Below, piece by piece: positions 12,501 through 24,889 of a stretch of 64,000 nucleotides of DNA. A program made the position numbers and the translations under genes. The DNA is from Tubulanus polymorphus (taxonomy: Eukaryota > Animalia > Nemertea). Under the pieces are notes generated by a model, which saw nothing but the letters and a program-made list of their open reading frames with translations, was not told the origin of the DNA and did no database searches. Each line of letters starts with the position of its first letter. The first letter of the stretch is position 1. The stretch is taken from contig NC_134025.1 of the NCBI RefSeq assembly GCF_964204645.1, positions 12,648,001 to 12,712,000 on the forward strand. The letters are read 5' to 3'.

Positions 12501-14620
12501 AGAACTAGTACACAGACGACGTTGGTTAATGAGGCGCCACTGTAAGCTACTAACGAAACTCTGAATACCATTACCAATAAGACTTCCATTAAAAGAAGTC
12601 TCTTTCAAACATGGAAATTCGACTACAATCTTACGCACCACCCTTTCGAGGCTCTCCTTCTTGGTAGAAATTCCCTGATAAGTTATCTCTGATGCAATCA
12701 ATTTTACAAATGATTTCATCAAAATGGCATTCGGTTTTCTATTGGAACGCAGCAAATCTAATGTAACTCTGTCAATTTTACTGGGCGGAATTTGAAATTC
12801 GTCGGATTCCAATTCGGACTCTTCACTTGTTGTCGATTGACTTGATGAACCAAGTGATACGGAATTCTGATTTTGGTCATTTTGCTTCATTTTAGAAATC
12901 GCATTGATAAGGGCTAATCTTTGGCCAATTGACAAGCTAAGTTCTTTCACTGTATTTCCATCCAAACACTTCAGACTTTGTTGTATATTCAACTCTTCTT
13001 GTATCAGTATACTTTTCGTCTTATCACTGAGACCATTGGCCACACACCACTCTTCGAATTGGAAGTCATCCATCATGCTGAAAATAAGAAACAAACTATG
13101 ATTTAGTAAATTTAAAACAAAATTTATGGAATAAACCTCAACTTCCTCCACACACTTGGGACAGGGAAATTGCTATCGATATTTTAATTTTTTAGTTATC
13201 AACAGGACTCAAATAGAGGTAAACACAATTAATCTTCTCAAAGTTTAATTCAAAAGCATTACATTAATACAGATTAGCCATTCAAAAGTTTTGAATACTA
13301 ATGGTTTACCTTCAACAAAACTAGTTATCCCGAATGGCATGTTTCAAAGCATTGTACTTCTTTCCACCCAATGAATATGAAACCAAAGGCTGATAATCTA
13401 CTATGTTTTCAATATCTAGACACACAAATCTGTTAGGAACACTACAAAGTTCATAGAGTCCCAATGAAGGATCATATACACCCATAACCAATTCAACTAT
13501 GAGAAGCCTTCTATTTGCATGTACCAAACACTGCACAATTCTGCCTAACTCTGCTTCACCAACACTATACCTCATTACAACTAGCATTGTTTTTTTATAC
13601 AAGGTACAGTTCACACAAACAGAATCTGATACTGAAGTAAAGTTCGGAATATTTCCCCCACTTTGTAGTTCATAGTCTATAAGACAACTCCTTATATCAG
13701 CACTGTATAAATCTCTGTCAAACGGTATAGACTTTTCAGTGTAACTTTCCATTGGAAATAATGAACCCTTCATTAAATAAGCTTGCAAGAGTTCATGTCT
13801 TTCACTCAAGGTTTTTGTAATGTTTATAAAATTCTGGATTTGCCTGACTGCAGACTTGAAGTATTTATGTTTCTGCTCGAAGCGCATAGCCCAAACACGC
13901 ATTGGTGGCCCAAAGCAACGTATAAGATAGGGATAATGGTATAGAAAATGGTGTTTGGGTCTAAGTTCATAATCATCAAAAAATGAATGGAGTTTTGCTA
14001 AATATTCATTGATCATAGTTTGGAGGTAAATCAATTGACCTTCATCAATGACAGGAGCGCAAACAAATTCTACAATTCTTCTTAAAAGAATGATCAATTC
14101 CCATACAGAATCATCTTTATCTACTTTTGCCCCTACTAAAAATGGAAGATTCCTCAGCAGGCACCATGTCTGCGCAGCATGTCCACCAACCCTTGCTTTC
14201 TTACCATCAATAATTGATGGTCGATCATTTGCATCATAATGTCGAAATGGAAATTTGTTAATTTTGCAATTTATATACTCATATGTGAACCATTTCTTAG
14301 TTTTGACCATATATGATAACAACTTAGCCAAATCATATGTAACGACTCCTTCAAACAAGTCATGTCCAAGACAAGGAGGCAATCGAGGATCACATACATG
14401 AAAATTTGGAAGATTGTTGAATACACTTTTCATCTTCACCCCTTGGTGGTGAACCAAATTAGGTGAATTTTCAAGTACTTGAAGTGAAGCATCGTAGGAA
14501 GTAGGGGTACGTAATATTGCTTCATGATTACCACTCCGGAAATCTTCCTTAGTGACCAAACAATATCTACACCAATAATCCCCAGAAAAGTTCTCTATGA
14601 ACCCCCGATGCCGTGGCTTC
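9530..14620. repeat. Direct tandem duplication, 2 x 2545 bp
   Basis: 9530-12075 is nearly identical to 12075-14620 (few substitutions); 1-bp (C) junction microhomology at 12075. Confidence 0.95.
10776..13151 (-). CDS. Chimeric 791-aa ORF: SAM-ORF2 N-terminal half fused in frame to the transposase C-terminal half
   Basis: First ~358 aa match ORF 9497-10606 and the last ~412 aa match ORF 13321-14559; junction ...NQKCK|KPRHRGFIENF at 12075. The real start is probably the ATG near 13076, after a splice acceptor. Confidence 0.75.
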   Translation of the reverse strand: MEEVEVYSINFVLNLLNHSLFLIFSMMDDFQFEEWCVANGLSDKTKSILIQEELNIQQSLKCLDGNTVKELSLSIGQRLALINAISKMKQNDQNQNSVSLGSSSQSTTSEESELESDEFQIPPSKIDRVTLDLLRSNRKPNAILMKSFVKLIASEITYQGISTKKESLERVVRKIVVEFPCLKETSFNGSLIGNGIQSFVSSLQWRLINQRRLCTSSGYPYPVQRKKPGDDIETHHSKDSYGCRNWSVTLPDGESVQSQEMKKEFLQAEFKKGIVNETIDKAKLVTYATQRELINSRRPVCAITTEWPYLTVYKYLLMHFDKLMDISAQDLFDEAIMGNNKADRLYKFLMRSSKNQKCKKPRHRGFIENFSGDYCCRYCLVTKEDFRSGNHEAILRTPTSYDASLQVLENSPNLVHHQGVKMKSVFNNLPNFHVCDPRLPPCLGHDLFEGVVTYDLAKLLSYMVKTKKWFTYEYINCKINKFPFRHYDANDRPSIIDGKKARVGGHAAQTWCLLRNLPFLVGAKVDKDDSVWELIILLRRIVEFVCAPVIDEGQLIYLQTMINEYLAKLHSFFDDYELRPKHHFLYHYPYLIRCFGPPMRVWAMRFEQKHKYFKSAVRQIQNFINITKTLSERHELLQAYLMKGSLFPMESYTEKSIPFDRDLYSADIRSCLIDYELQSGGNIPNFTSVSDSVCVNCTLYKKTMLVVMRYSVGEAELGRIVQCLVHANRRLLIVELVMGVYDPSLGLYELCSVPNRFVCLDIENIVDYQPLVSYSLGGKKYIALKHAIRDN

Positions 14621-15997
14621 CTAAGTTATCTCCAGGTATATTCACTTAAGCTCCCAATATTTTACCATCTTTGTAATCAATACCATTTATTTCTAGATCC
14701 TTTAAATCATTGATTAAGACATCGAATACCTTATCGAACCCAAACTCTTTTACATCTTTTTCAGTACATAACACACAAGTTGTATTGGTTCTATCTTACT
14801 ACGAAAATGAGGATAAAAATTGGCCAAACTAAAATAAACACTGATAATTTTGTGCTTTGTCTTGGCACTCCCTAACGGGTTTACAATTTCAAATGCATCC
14901 TGACACAATACAATTTTCAAAACATTCTGAAGTCGTTGGAAGAGTTCAATATTCTTGTAGACACTTCCATCGAAAATATCTCTGTATACACCCTCAGTAG
15001 ATATAGGTTGATACTGCAATTGTTCAATAACACTTTCATCTCGAAGAAGTACAGCCAATTTTTCTTTGATAGGTACATAGTGACAAAATCTTTCTGTATT
15101 TTTTTAATTCAAGCCTAAACGAATAGATATTGGATCCACATGATTAAAACTTTCTTTATAATACTTTCTTCTTTTATAAGTACTTCTAAGCTCCATACTA
15201 AGAGACTTAAAACAGTCATCAGTAGCCATATCATGAATAACACAACCTATCACATCATCTGGAATGTTGTATTTTTCTAAATGTGCCTTAAAATCATATT
15301 TCATTTTTTGAGATTGCAAACCACCAAAATCATTCAGGGACTCAATAATAGTTTTTATGACTGATTCAGACAAATGATGTTTAGCTTGAAGCCGAAGAAA
15401 CAGCAATGCAAAGTGATCAAGAAACTGTTGATCGTCTAAATCTGTAATATGTTCATCATTATCTACCTCAATTTCATCAACTAAGTTATCAAACTGGTCA
15501 AGTGGAACATGATCATTTACATCATTCACTACATTAGTTTCGTCTTATTCAACTTCAAGATAACCATCTGCAATTTCTTCTTGTGCCCAGTTCTTGTGGT
15601 ACCTTGATATATGTGATGTGAATGACGATACATTTTTGTATTTTCTAGTACAATTAGCAAAAGGACACAGTGTCTCCCTTTCTTCTTTGATATGAGATTT
15701 CAAATGCTTTACAAGCATCAGAACATTGGTACACTTTTGCTGACAAAACTGAAAATGACACACTAACTTATCCCTTTCACTCCTATCAAAACGTGATAGC
15801 CGAACTCTTTTCCTGAACTCTAAATGCTCTATTGAGACATGACTATTAAATGTTGAAAAGTTTTTAAACGTGCGATTACATCCTGGGACACCACAGGGAA
15901 ACTGTAGATTTGGAACATTCCTATGTTATCTGTAGCGATGGACATAGGATTTCAAAGATGACGATCCGTGAGCACATTCAGCACATTCATACTGCAT
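13321..15997 (-). pseudogene. EnSpm-type transposase with N-terminal C2H2 zinc fingers (several stops/frameshifts)
   Basis: CGVPGC..H, CHFQFC..H..H and CPFANC..H..H fingers; QDAFEIVNPLGS, GDNLGSH, CRYC, CLGHDLFEG, PKHHFLYHYP..FGP..WAMRFEQKH motifs; fragments 15545-15763, 15104-15529, 14750-15058, 13321-14559. Confidence 0.85.
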
Positions 15998-17696
15998 AGT
16001 GACCTATAATTAACAAAATGGGATTGAAAGAACTTGGCTACTTGGGCTATTCAAAAGGGATGCGTTTACTATACATTAGTCTAACTCTATTGACTTGAAA
16101 AAAAATTTGCATCACAAAATATTCCTAAAATTAGTTCTACTATACGCGGATAGGCCCCGAGCGAGGGCGAGTTTGAAGAAACTGATAGGCCAGCAAAGAT
16201 ATGATATAGATGGGCAACCAGGCCTTATCTAGACACTGAAAGTTACATAAACCAATAAGCCATTAACCTTACACTCCAGACACAAATTTACCTATCCACC
16301 AAACTTCAAAACTTATAATAATAGGCTAAGTATTAAATAATAATAATTATTAAATTATTAAAGGCGATAGTCCTTCAGGCTTGAGCAGTTCAGTAGCGTG
16401 TAGGTCGTGCAAAGCCACAGATTTTATAAAGATGTTTTTTCTTTAGATAATAAGAGTTAATACATGTAGAAGGAAAATATTTTAGAAAAAAAAATCTCAG
16501 CAATTTCGGGAATCGAACCCGAGAAGTAGCTTAGAATGGTCTCAAGGTCAGGTCCAAAAATTCTACACGCCAATTTCTTTTTTGTTACTTAGGTTACATT
16601 GACACCGTATTGCTACTACGTTTCATTTATTCAATTAACGCAAATAAATATATCATACTCATCGAAATAATCGTAGGAATAATATTCATACGTACCAGAG
16701 ACTGGGAGTTACTTCTTGCTTTTAACTTTCCACTTTTGTCGTCCGCGCTGCGCCGGCAAAAACGTCTAACAGGCAGTGACTAATTCAAGTCCTCGAGAGT
16801 TTCACTGTCAGCAAGTGGGTTCGAATCCTGCACAGTGGATTTTCTTTTAAACTTATTTACATTTGACACAGTTCGCTTTGGTTCATTAAGTGACAGTAAA
16901 ATTGAATTAACCTTAAAAACTTAATAATATCTTCTGTTGGAACAGAAAAGTAAATCTATTTGTTGACTTACATACCTCTTGTAAAAATGACAGCCTCACA
17001 CAAAACGAGTTGTAATTTTACAATATTTTTTTGTAATTTTTACAAAGAAATTTGTAATGATACAGTTTCCACTGCAGTGTTACAGTTTTCCCCGTTATAC
17101 ATTTGCTTTACAGGGGGAAACTGTAATCTAACAATAATTTTCAACAATTATCCTGTAAGAATAACAATTATTTCTAACAGTGTACCTATATATGAAGTTA
17201 TTACCGTAATTCATTGAGGATTCTGGGAGATTTTTGATATACTTCTTTATGTCAGAAAATATCGTTTAAATATCTGGCATTTTTAACAAAGTACGTCAAC
17301 TTACTTCCTTCTGTCGTATAATCAATCATAAAAACACTTTTTACAGGGCCATTTTCTTTAACAAAAGGAAGTTAACGGACACATCAGACTAAAAATTCAA
17401 TATCAAAAACAAACTTTATTATTATTCATAATTGATGTATAATGATGAAAAAATTTATCCCAAGTATACCTAACAAATTATGACAACCTATTTCAGATAA
17501 GTCGATCTAAGGACGTTTAACATAAAATCTCATTTTTAAATTCGTGGAACTACAGTATCCCCTATATTTCGATTGATCCGAACAACGGTGCAATAAACAG
17601 TAACATTGCAATGTATGTATTATTCTAATATAACGAATACAAACTTTGTAAACAAAACTCATAATTATTAGCCTATGCTTAATCATGCTCTTTAGT

Positions 17697-19639
17697 CTAT
17701 TCATATTGACTTATCAAGTCGCGAGAACTATCATTGATGGTTAAGTTTTCCCAATACGACCTTCTGTTCATCGGTATAAGTGGACGTAGTTTTGAGCAAG
17801 TATCCTGTTTCTTTGGACCTGGTATACCCCTGTCATTTTCACGATGCTGATACGTATTTTGGCGGTTAAGGATCATGGCAGCAACCTTTTTTTTCAGAAA
17901 CTCTCCCTCATTATATTCTACTGAGTTGTAGGATTCTTTCCAGAAAATCTTAGTCGATCCAGCTTTAAACATAACGATTTTAACCGCTGCTAAGTGTGGT
18001 TTCAAAGTATATCTTCCACTGGACATTTCATTTTCATACCTAACGCAGTCGGTATGTTGCATGACGATAGCAGTGCCATTTTTTTCAATGACTGATTTGT
18101 AATCGTCGAAATCATATACATTTTTTCGCCTTTTCATTTCTCTCTCAACTTTACTGTGGAATGTATCCGCACTCATAAATGTGTGACCATTCTCAAGGTA
18201 TTTCAAACTACAGTTTTGTTTTCGTCATTCATATTAACCTCTCTACACAGAGCACTATATAGGGTCCAATTCTTATTCTGACCACTACAGTTGTCACAGT
18301 AAATGATAATATTTTCCGTATCTCGGCACGGGGATGATCTCAGGAATTTGACGAAACAACTGGCAATATCTTCGTCATTTCTTCCACTTACTGCCTCTGT
18401 CCAAATCACACCTGTAGGTTTCATACTCGAATAATTTGCTCCAAGTGGTGCAAAAGTCTCGTTGAAGGCAACCAGTCGTCTTGTAAACAGAGCTGTCTTC
18501 ACACCAGGTAACCGGGGTAACATTATAACCTTTTCTAAATCAGCGGATACAATCATAGTTTCACCATCATACATTTTACTGGCATCATTCTTATACATAC
18601 TTCTTGCTTCTTTCACACAATCTTGGTGTTTTTCATGGAATTGACATATCTGACAATCTTCTATACTGCATTGATGCTTCTTGTATTCGATACATATTTC
18701 ACATTCCTCTTCCCCGAGTTTGGTGAAACTAATTTTCATCTCTTTTAGAATGCGGATATATGTAACATAGGAGACATTGGAATCTGGAAAGAGTTTATTG
18801 AAATCATCATGCATTACTGTGGCATTTATTTCTGTAGTGAGATATCGAGTATGAGGGGCTTGTTCTCTTCTGTAATGACTGATCGATGGGTTATAGGCCT
18901 CAACATGCGCTTTTAATTTTTCATGTAGTTCCGTGGTCATGGCATGTTTAGGAGCATGTTTTCCTCTCATGTCTTTCGGTGGCGAAAATACATTTTGACC
19001 CTGTTGTGCTGCCAAGGTATGCGTAAGAATCCGATCGCTCTTATACCCTAAGGTCTGTAAGAAGAATGTCTGGCAAACTTCAACATCAAGAGCAGCCGTA
19101 GCCACTGGCAGATAGAATTTACGAACTTTTCTATCGCTTGCAGATTTGGAATCGCAACACTTGACATGATAGAATACCCAAGCTTTTTGCTCACTATAAT
19201 CAGTTATATTCCAAAAGCTGTCATGAATATTTCATCTTTCGATTTCTGTAAATTTTTCATGGCATTTCAAACGCTTGCATGCACAACTTATAAGTAATGG
19301 ATGGTCCGAAACAAGTTTGTTGGAGTGAGCCTTTTTTTTCTTAGAGGGCGGCATTTCGTTTTCTTTGTCGTTATGCTGAGGTTCATTTTCACCCGTTGAA
19401 GCGCTGCTTTCAATTTCAGCTGGTACAGTGGCTTGCGTTGAATTCGCATTGAAAATGTTCTCTCCGTCATCCACAATACCTGCCTCTCGAAGGGTTCTAA
19501 AAACGTCACTAAAGCTAAGGAGGGACATCCTGAAAAGAGTAAAAATGAGAGAAAATGAGAAATTAGAAGCATTATATAGCTCAGGCCATGCTGAAAATGA
19601 TAGAAACTCTGAAATTGCATAGCATAGGCCAGTTTTCAA
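17697..19639 (-). pseudogene. Sola1-like DDD transposase, broken into three ORFs
   Basis: Motifs DLEKVIMLPRLP, RRLVAFNETFAPLG, WTEAVSGRNDEDIASC, YCDNCSGQNKNW, KYLENGHTFMSADTFH; stop near 19232 and frameshift near 18205. Confidence 0.8.
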
Positions 19640-20270
19640 TCCAGTGGTCAGTTTTCAATCCAGGGATAGGCCTTATAATAATAATGATAATAATGAAACA
19701 GTGACGAAACATCCATGCTTGGAATAGAGGAAATGTTTCTATTATTTGGTGAAAACTTTAGATACATACCTGCAATTCTCAAGATCCAGACACTTCAAAT
19801 TTATTCGTTTTAACCTAATGCTATCATGGATGATTGAAATAAGAATCCTTACAACACAAATTCCAACAATTAAAACTTTCAGTTTCAAAAAATGCATTGA
19901 CAAAAGGAAATAGGTCAGACAACTTACCTGACAGAAGGAAGTATGTGCGATGACTTATCTGACAAAAAGAAGTATACAACATGATCTATCTGACAAAACG
20001 AAGTAAGTCAGATTACTTAGCGAAACATACTTCTTTTTGTCATTTGATACTTATATCAGTCGTTCAAACAATAACTTACTGCATTTTGTCAGGAAATATG
20101 AGGAAAATGATAAAACATACTTCCTTTTCTCATTTTTTATCTCCCCAACGGTGAGAGATAAGGATCTGAGGATTGTACCAAATGAAAGAGCAGGTCCAGA
20201 TTAGGTAGGATCAATCAAAACCTGATTTTCGAAAAATTTTGACTTACACCCTTTTGTCAGAAATGGGCAG

Positions 20271-20612
20271 AATTGGAGGCTCCGGTTGAATTTCAATTTC
20301 TGAAATATCCAACAAACGTCATTGTTATTTCTCGATGATAAAATGCTGAAAAGCTTTTATGAAACTTAAGTTAAATCTCACCTGGTTCTGGTTGATGAAA
20401 TACATTGTCAACAATTGGAGGCTCCGGTTGAGTTTCGATTTCTGAAATATCCAACAAACGTCATTGTTATTTCTTGATGATAAAATGCTGAAAAGCTTTT
20501 ATCAAACTTAAGTTAAATCTCACCTGGTTCTGGTTGATGAAATACATTATCAACAATTGGAGGCTCCGCTTGAGTTTCGATTTCTGAAATACCCAACAAA
20601 CGTCATTATTTC
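20271..20612 (-). repeat. 142-bp tandem exon+intron repeat (right part of the same array)
   Basis: Same unit at 20278, 20420 and 20562; exon 20524-20583 is exactly 60 nt; the array rejoins 2206 once the Sola element is removed. Confidence 0.9.
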
Positions 20613-23600
20613 TTGATAATTCCTTTTAAATCTTACACATAATCTCATAACTTTTTTTTACATACCTTTTAAATGATTCCACAATGTGTCCGGTAAATTT
20701 GACCTGGGGATTACCATTCCCGACACAACAGTCTCGATTAGTATGCTAGTTGTTCGCCCTCCAATTTTGCCAGCTGCTTCTTTGAACTGCTTCAGAGAAA
20801 CAGTTAAAAGCGATTGCCTCTGCAAAAGCACCTTAAACAGTTTCTGAGGCCTTACTGCAACACTCTCTTGGTATGTTTTATTTACATGGGACATTGATGT
20901 CTTGATATATTTTGATAACTGTAAAAAATTACACAAAATTTGAAAAATAATTCCATGTGTTATGTTATGTATATTTCATATAAGGCAGGTCATCAAATAA
21001 TACTATTATTTATCCATTAAATTACCTCTTCCTTTGGAAGGCTTTGCTGGGCCACTCGCAAGGTCTCCAATACCGGGTTGTCGAAACTATCGCCGTTAAT
21101 TTGATGCGCCATTATTCCCGTAGGAAAAATGTTATCTTTAAAATATTCTAATAATTCCTCTTTCTGTACCAATAAACCAATCGCATCAATGAACTGAAAA
21201 GAAATTTTGAATACCGGTACAATAGCATCTCTCTTGTAAAATCAAGTACATGTATATCCATTGCTTGACTATCTAGGATCCAATATAATATTTCATCAAG
21301 TCTATTACTTTTATACCATTGCATAGCTTTTGTTGTTGTCCTAGCATTATTGTCATTTAATAAGAAATGCCTGAGTCAGATATACCTTCTCTGCCATTGC
21401 TATAACCAAGGCATAATTATTGGCTAGTCGCTTTTGAGCCTCGTCAGTGTCGATCAATTCAACAATCGCTGATTCCAGCTCAACTACACGTCGAACATCG
21501 CTTTCATCAGGAGAGGACCTTAGAATCTTCCCCAAAGAGATGACTGCCTCATCCATGTAGCGATCGATTTCTCTATTAGGGGCGGCATCCGTAGTCAGAG
21601 GCAGAATGACCATTCTACTGATTTCACGCATGCTAAAAGATAGAAACATGTACATATAAATAAATTGAAAGTTTAATACAACTTCTTTAATTTTTTAAAA
21701 ATTTCCATGAGATCATGTGCAAGAAAAACTATACCCATGACTGTGAAGCTTTTGTGGAACAAAAGCATTTGCTGTTATCAGCGGCGATGTGTTAGCCTCA
21801 TGCTCCGAAAGTAAATTTGCCACACAACCATTTTCATATGACTAGAAATATATAAGCATGCACAAAAATATAAGCATGTACTAGAGATTGAAATACAAAC
21901 ATAGGGTTGAAAATAATTAAAAGATGTGAAACGTATTTCAATAGAATTATACAAATGCCTACATACCTTTGTCAAAATTGTTTTAATGATTTCAGTTGCT
22001 TCAGGATCTTTGTATATGGAGGTGGTCCCCATCTCTAACAACTGCACGGCTTTCGCTACTGATAAGTCAGACATCACAGCATTACGATGTAATCCAAACA
22101 TTGAAAGGCAGACCTCTCCAAGAAATGATTTGTTGGTGTTCGACTGGCCAACTAAAGTCACCACTGGAACATGGTGAAAGATTTCTCTCACTGCTTTATA
22201 GTGGGCTATCATGATTGCTGTTCCTAAAACAATTCAGAAATACACAAAGTATGAAGTTAATCTAAATATCAAGCTCTGTTTCATGGGCACACTCAATAGT
22301 AGATACACTCAATAGTTCATTGAAGTTGATTAATTAAATCATACATACCTCCAAGGAGAACAGCACTTAGGAATGAACTGCGATTGGAACACTCTTCCAG
22401 CTTTAAATACAGGTTGTGAATTCCATCTGTATTCGGAAATTGATTGAATATTTGTGGACACAGAGGCACCCCTGGAAAATGTCTTTCAACTAACATTTCG
22501 CGCCAATCTTTATCTTGTAATAACTCTCCATTGGGCTGGAATTGGACTGTTTGGTTCAGTACATAATTCCCTTGTGTCTGCCATCCAAGGTGAGTACATG
22601 CACTTAATCTTGGATGTGTGTACCTGTATCAGAAAATTTTGACATAAATAAACAATATTTCTCCTATTTCTTTAAAAGGACAACCCCATTTAGAAAAAAA
22701 TCTTAAACACTTACCCAAATTTCTGTTTGTAGGTGGAATAGTAGTTGGAAAATTCTTGGGTCCAGTATTGTCGCAAATCAGTAGGTGTCATTTCTACCAT
22801 TGTAGCGGATGTTTCTTCTGCCATTTTTAACAGTGCTGATTCAAACTTATCAGGCCGACGTACAGCTAAAAATAAATGAAATAATAAATTAGAAACACTA
22901 ATTGGGGATTGGGATATGAACCAATATGGAGCATTATGGACAGTAGTACATTTTCTCCGATAGGAAAACAAATTATGGTAAAAATCAATCGGCTCAAGAA
23001 TATATGGCAATTAATATTGACAATAAAAAGTAATCTAATTACAATACCTACACTTCTAGATCTGGCTCATAAGGGGTTTTATATTTCACCACTATCCCTG
23101 TGCCATCTTTCGTTGAAACCAGGTAGGTGGGAGTGAATGGAGTATGAACGAGTCAGATATGTTATCAGCTAGTCGGCAATTCTATTCATGATCAAAGAGT
23201 TTTCATACCGCCCGCGGCTAACTGGGTCACCGCTGCAGGGAGTGTGTGATGGTAAAATATCCCATCACACAGGTCCGTTTCCTAGACGTTAGGCGTGTGC
23301 CGTCAAGTTTGCCAAACTAGCACATGCTGTACTGACAATAGCATCAGCCTTGCGCATGCGCAGTTGAATTCTTCTTGTACGGCGTGTCGCGGTCAACTTT
23401 CACGTTTTTCAGAGGAAAAAATCGGATGAATACTGAATATTTTACGGCAAAATAACCTCAGTTGGTAAGCAAACTTTGACATAACACATACTTTGAAGAG
23501 ACAATCGGCCACATATTAATTTAACACCATAAAACACGTTGAAATGCATTGCATTCCTTTGCCTTCATCAATGTAGTGGCCGCTAACCGGGAACACTTCT

Positions 23601-23824
23601 AAATTAACGATTGAAATATGAGAATTATTCATTGACCACTGCGCATATCCGGATATGTGTAGTCATGTTGCTATGATACATATATACAAATACGTGTCAA
23701 TTGAAGCCTATCTAAGAAAAAAGTATACAATACCATCGTGATATCAAAAAGGCCTACCCCCTTGGTGACTAAGTCAAGAATCAGTGATTTAATGATAATG
23801 TCATTGTTTTTAAATTTTTTCAGT

Positions 23825-24889
23825 AAGATGGCAGATGATGTTTGTCGCCATTGTTTTGCCAAAATCAGCACTTTTTACACATTTTTGAACTTTTTGAAGG
23901 AAATTTTGAAGACGCTTTGATCAATTACCTTGATCATTCGTATATATTTGAATCCCCCAAGGGCCCATCAACATAAGAAAAATTGGGTCGATCGGACTCA
24001 AGATGGCCGTCCCATGACCTTTTTCATGGCCAAAAATGTAAATTTTGGCCCAAATTCTGAGTCCTGTAGCTTCCTACTGGTTTGCCATTTCTCATTGCAA
24101 TTTGTGATGGGTATTCTTTGGAAAGGGATGTTTTATACCTGAGACATGTATTTTTGATCAGCCAATTATGGCGCAATTGGCAGCCATCTTGGCGTCATCA
24201 GTACTCATTCGTAGGTGGGAAAAAGTTTTTCCACATTATATTGATACCTAAGCATATTGTGTTTCCACAATGTATTGGAAAGTTGTAGCCCATAAAGTTT
24301 TCTATGATTTTGGTGAGTTTCAAGGTCATTGCTTTTTGTATATGGCCACCAGGGGGCATTGAATAATACAATAACTTAGTATTTCTATATTATATTTGTA
24401 CCTACGCATATTTTGTTACCACAATCAATTGCAAAGTTGTAGCTCATCACATCGCCTATGATTGTAGTGAGTTTCAAGAACAAAAGTTATTCTATATGGT
24501 CACCAGGGGGCGTTGAATAGTAGAACTTGGTATTTCCTTATTAGATTGGTACCTAGGGATATTTGGTTACCATGATCGATTGCAAAGTTGTAGTTCATGA
24601 CATGTTCTATGATTGTGGTGAGTTTCAAGGTCATTGGGTTTTGCATATGGTCACCAGGGGGCATTGAATAGTAGAATAACTTAGTATTTTCTTATTAAAT
24701 TAGTAACGAAGCATATTTTGTTATCACAATCAATTACAAAATCGTAGCTGCTTACATATTCTATGATTGTGGTGAGTTTCAAGGTCATTGGTTTTTGTAT
24801 ATGGTCACCAGGGGCATTGAATATTGAAATTGTTAGATTGTTGAGCATTTGAAACCATTTCCCAAGTGGGCATGGTGTCCCTAGACCCC
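23825..24889 (+). mobile_element. 5'-truncated Helentron-associated interspersed element (HINE) with internal ~153-bp tandem repeats
   Basis: Collinear with 31727-32670; ends CCCAAGTGGGCATGGTGTCCCTAGACCCC; about 4 core repeats containing TGGTCACCAGGGGGC. Confidence 0.75.

Larger units (their letters stand above)
2359..17182 (-). mobile_element. EnSpm/CACTA (CMC superfamily) DNA transposon, animal CACTG type
   Basis: TIR CACTGTTAGAAATAAT at 2359 and ATTATTTCTAACAGTG ending at 17182; 2-bp TSD TA; TTGTAAATTTAC-like subterminal repeats at both ends; transposase plus a second SAM-domain ORF. Confidence 0.85.
2207..20270 (-). mobile_element. Sola1-type DNA transposon carrying nested insertions
   Basis: 26-bp TIR CTGCCCATTTCTGACAAAAGGGTGTA at 2207 with its reverse complement ending at 20270; 4-bp TSD AATT (2203-2206 / 20271-20274), matching the Sola1 AWWT target; subterminal TGACAAAAGGAAGTA-like repeats; transposase at 17697-19639. 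Confidence 0.85.
1490..23190 (-). pseudogene. Multi-exon gene for an AAA+/helicase-like P-loop NTPase with C-terminal Pro/Glu-rich repeat exons, disrupted by a Sola1 insertion
   Basis: GT-AG-bounded exons read by eye at ~22712-22866, 22350-22625, 21967-22224 (VPVVTLVGQSNTNKS Walker A-like; IYKDP Walker B-like), 21735-21842 (TSPLITAN sensor-1-like), 21385-21632 (ISRMVILP Arg-finger-like; RLANNYAL), 21025-21195, 20664-20919, the 60-nt repeat exons, and 1711-1809. Outer limits approximate. Confidence 0.6.
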
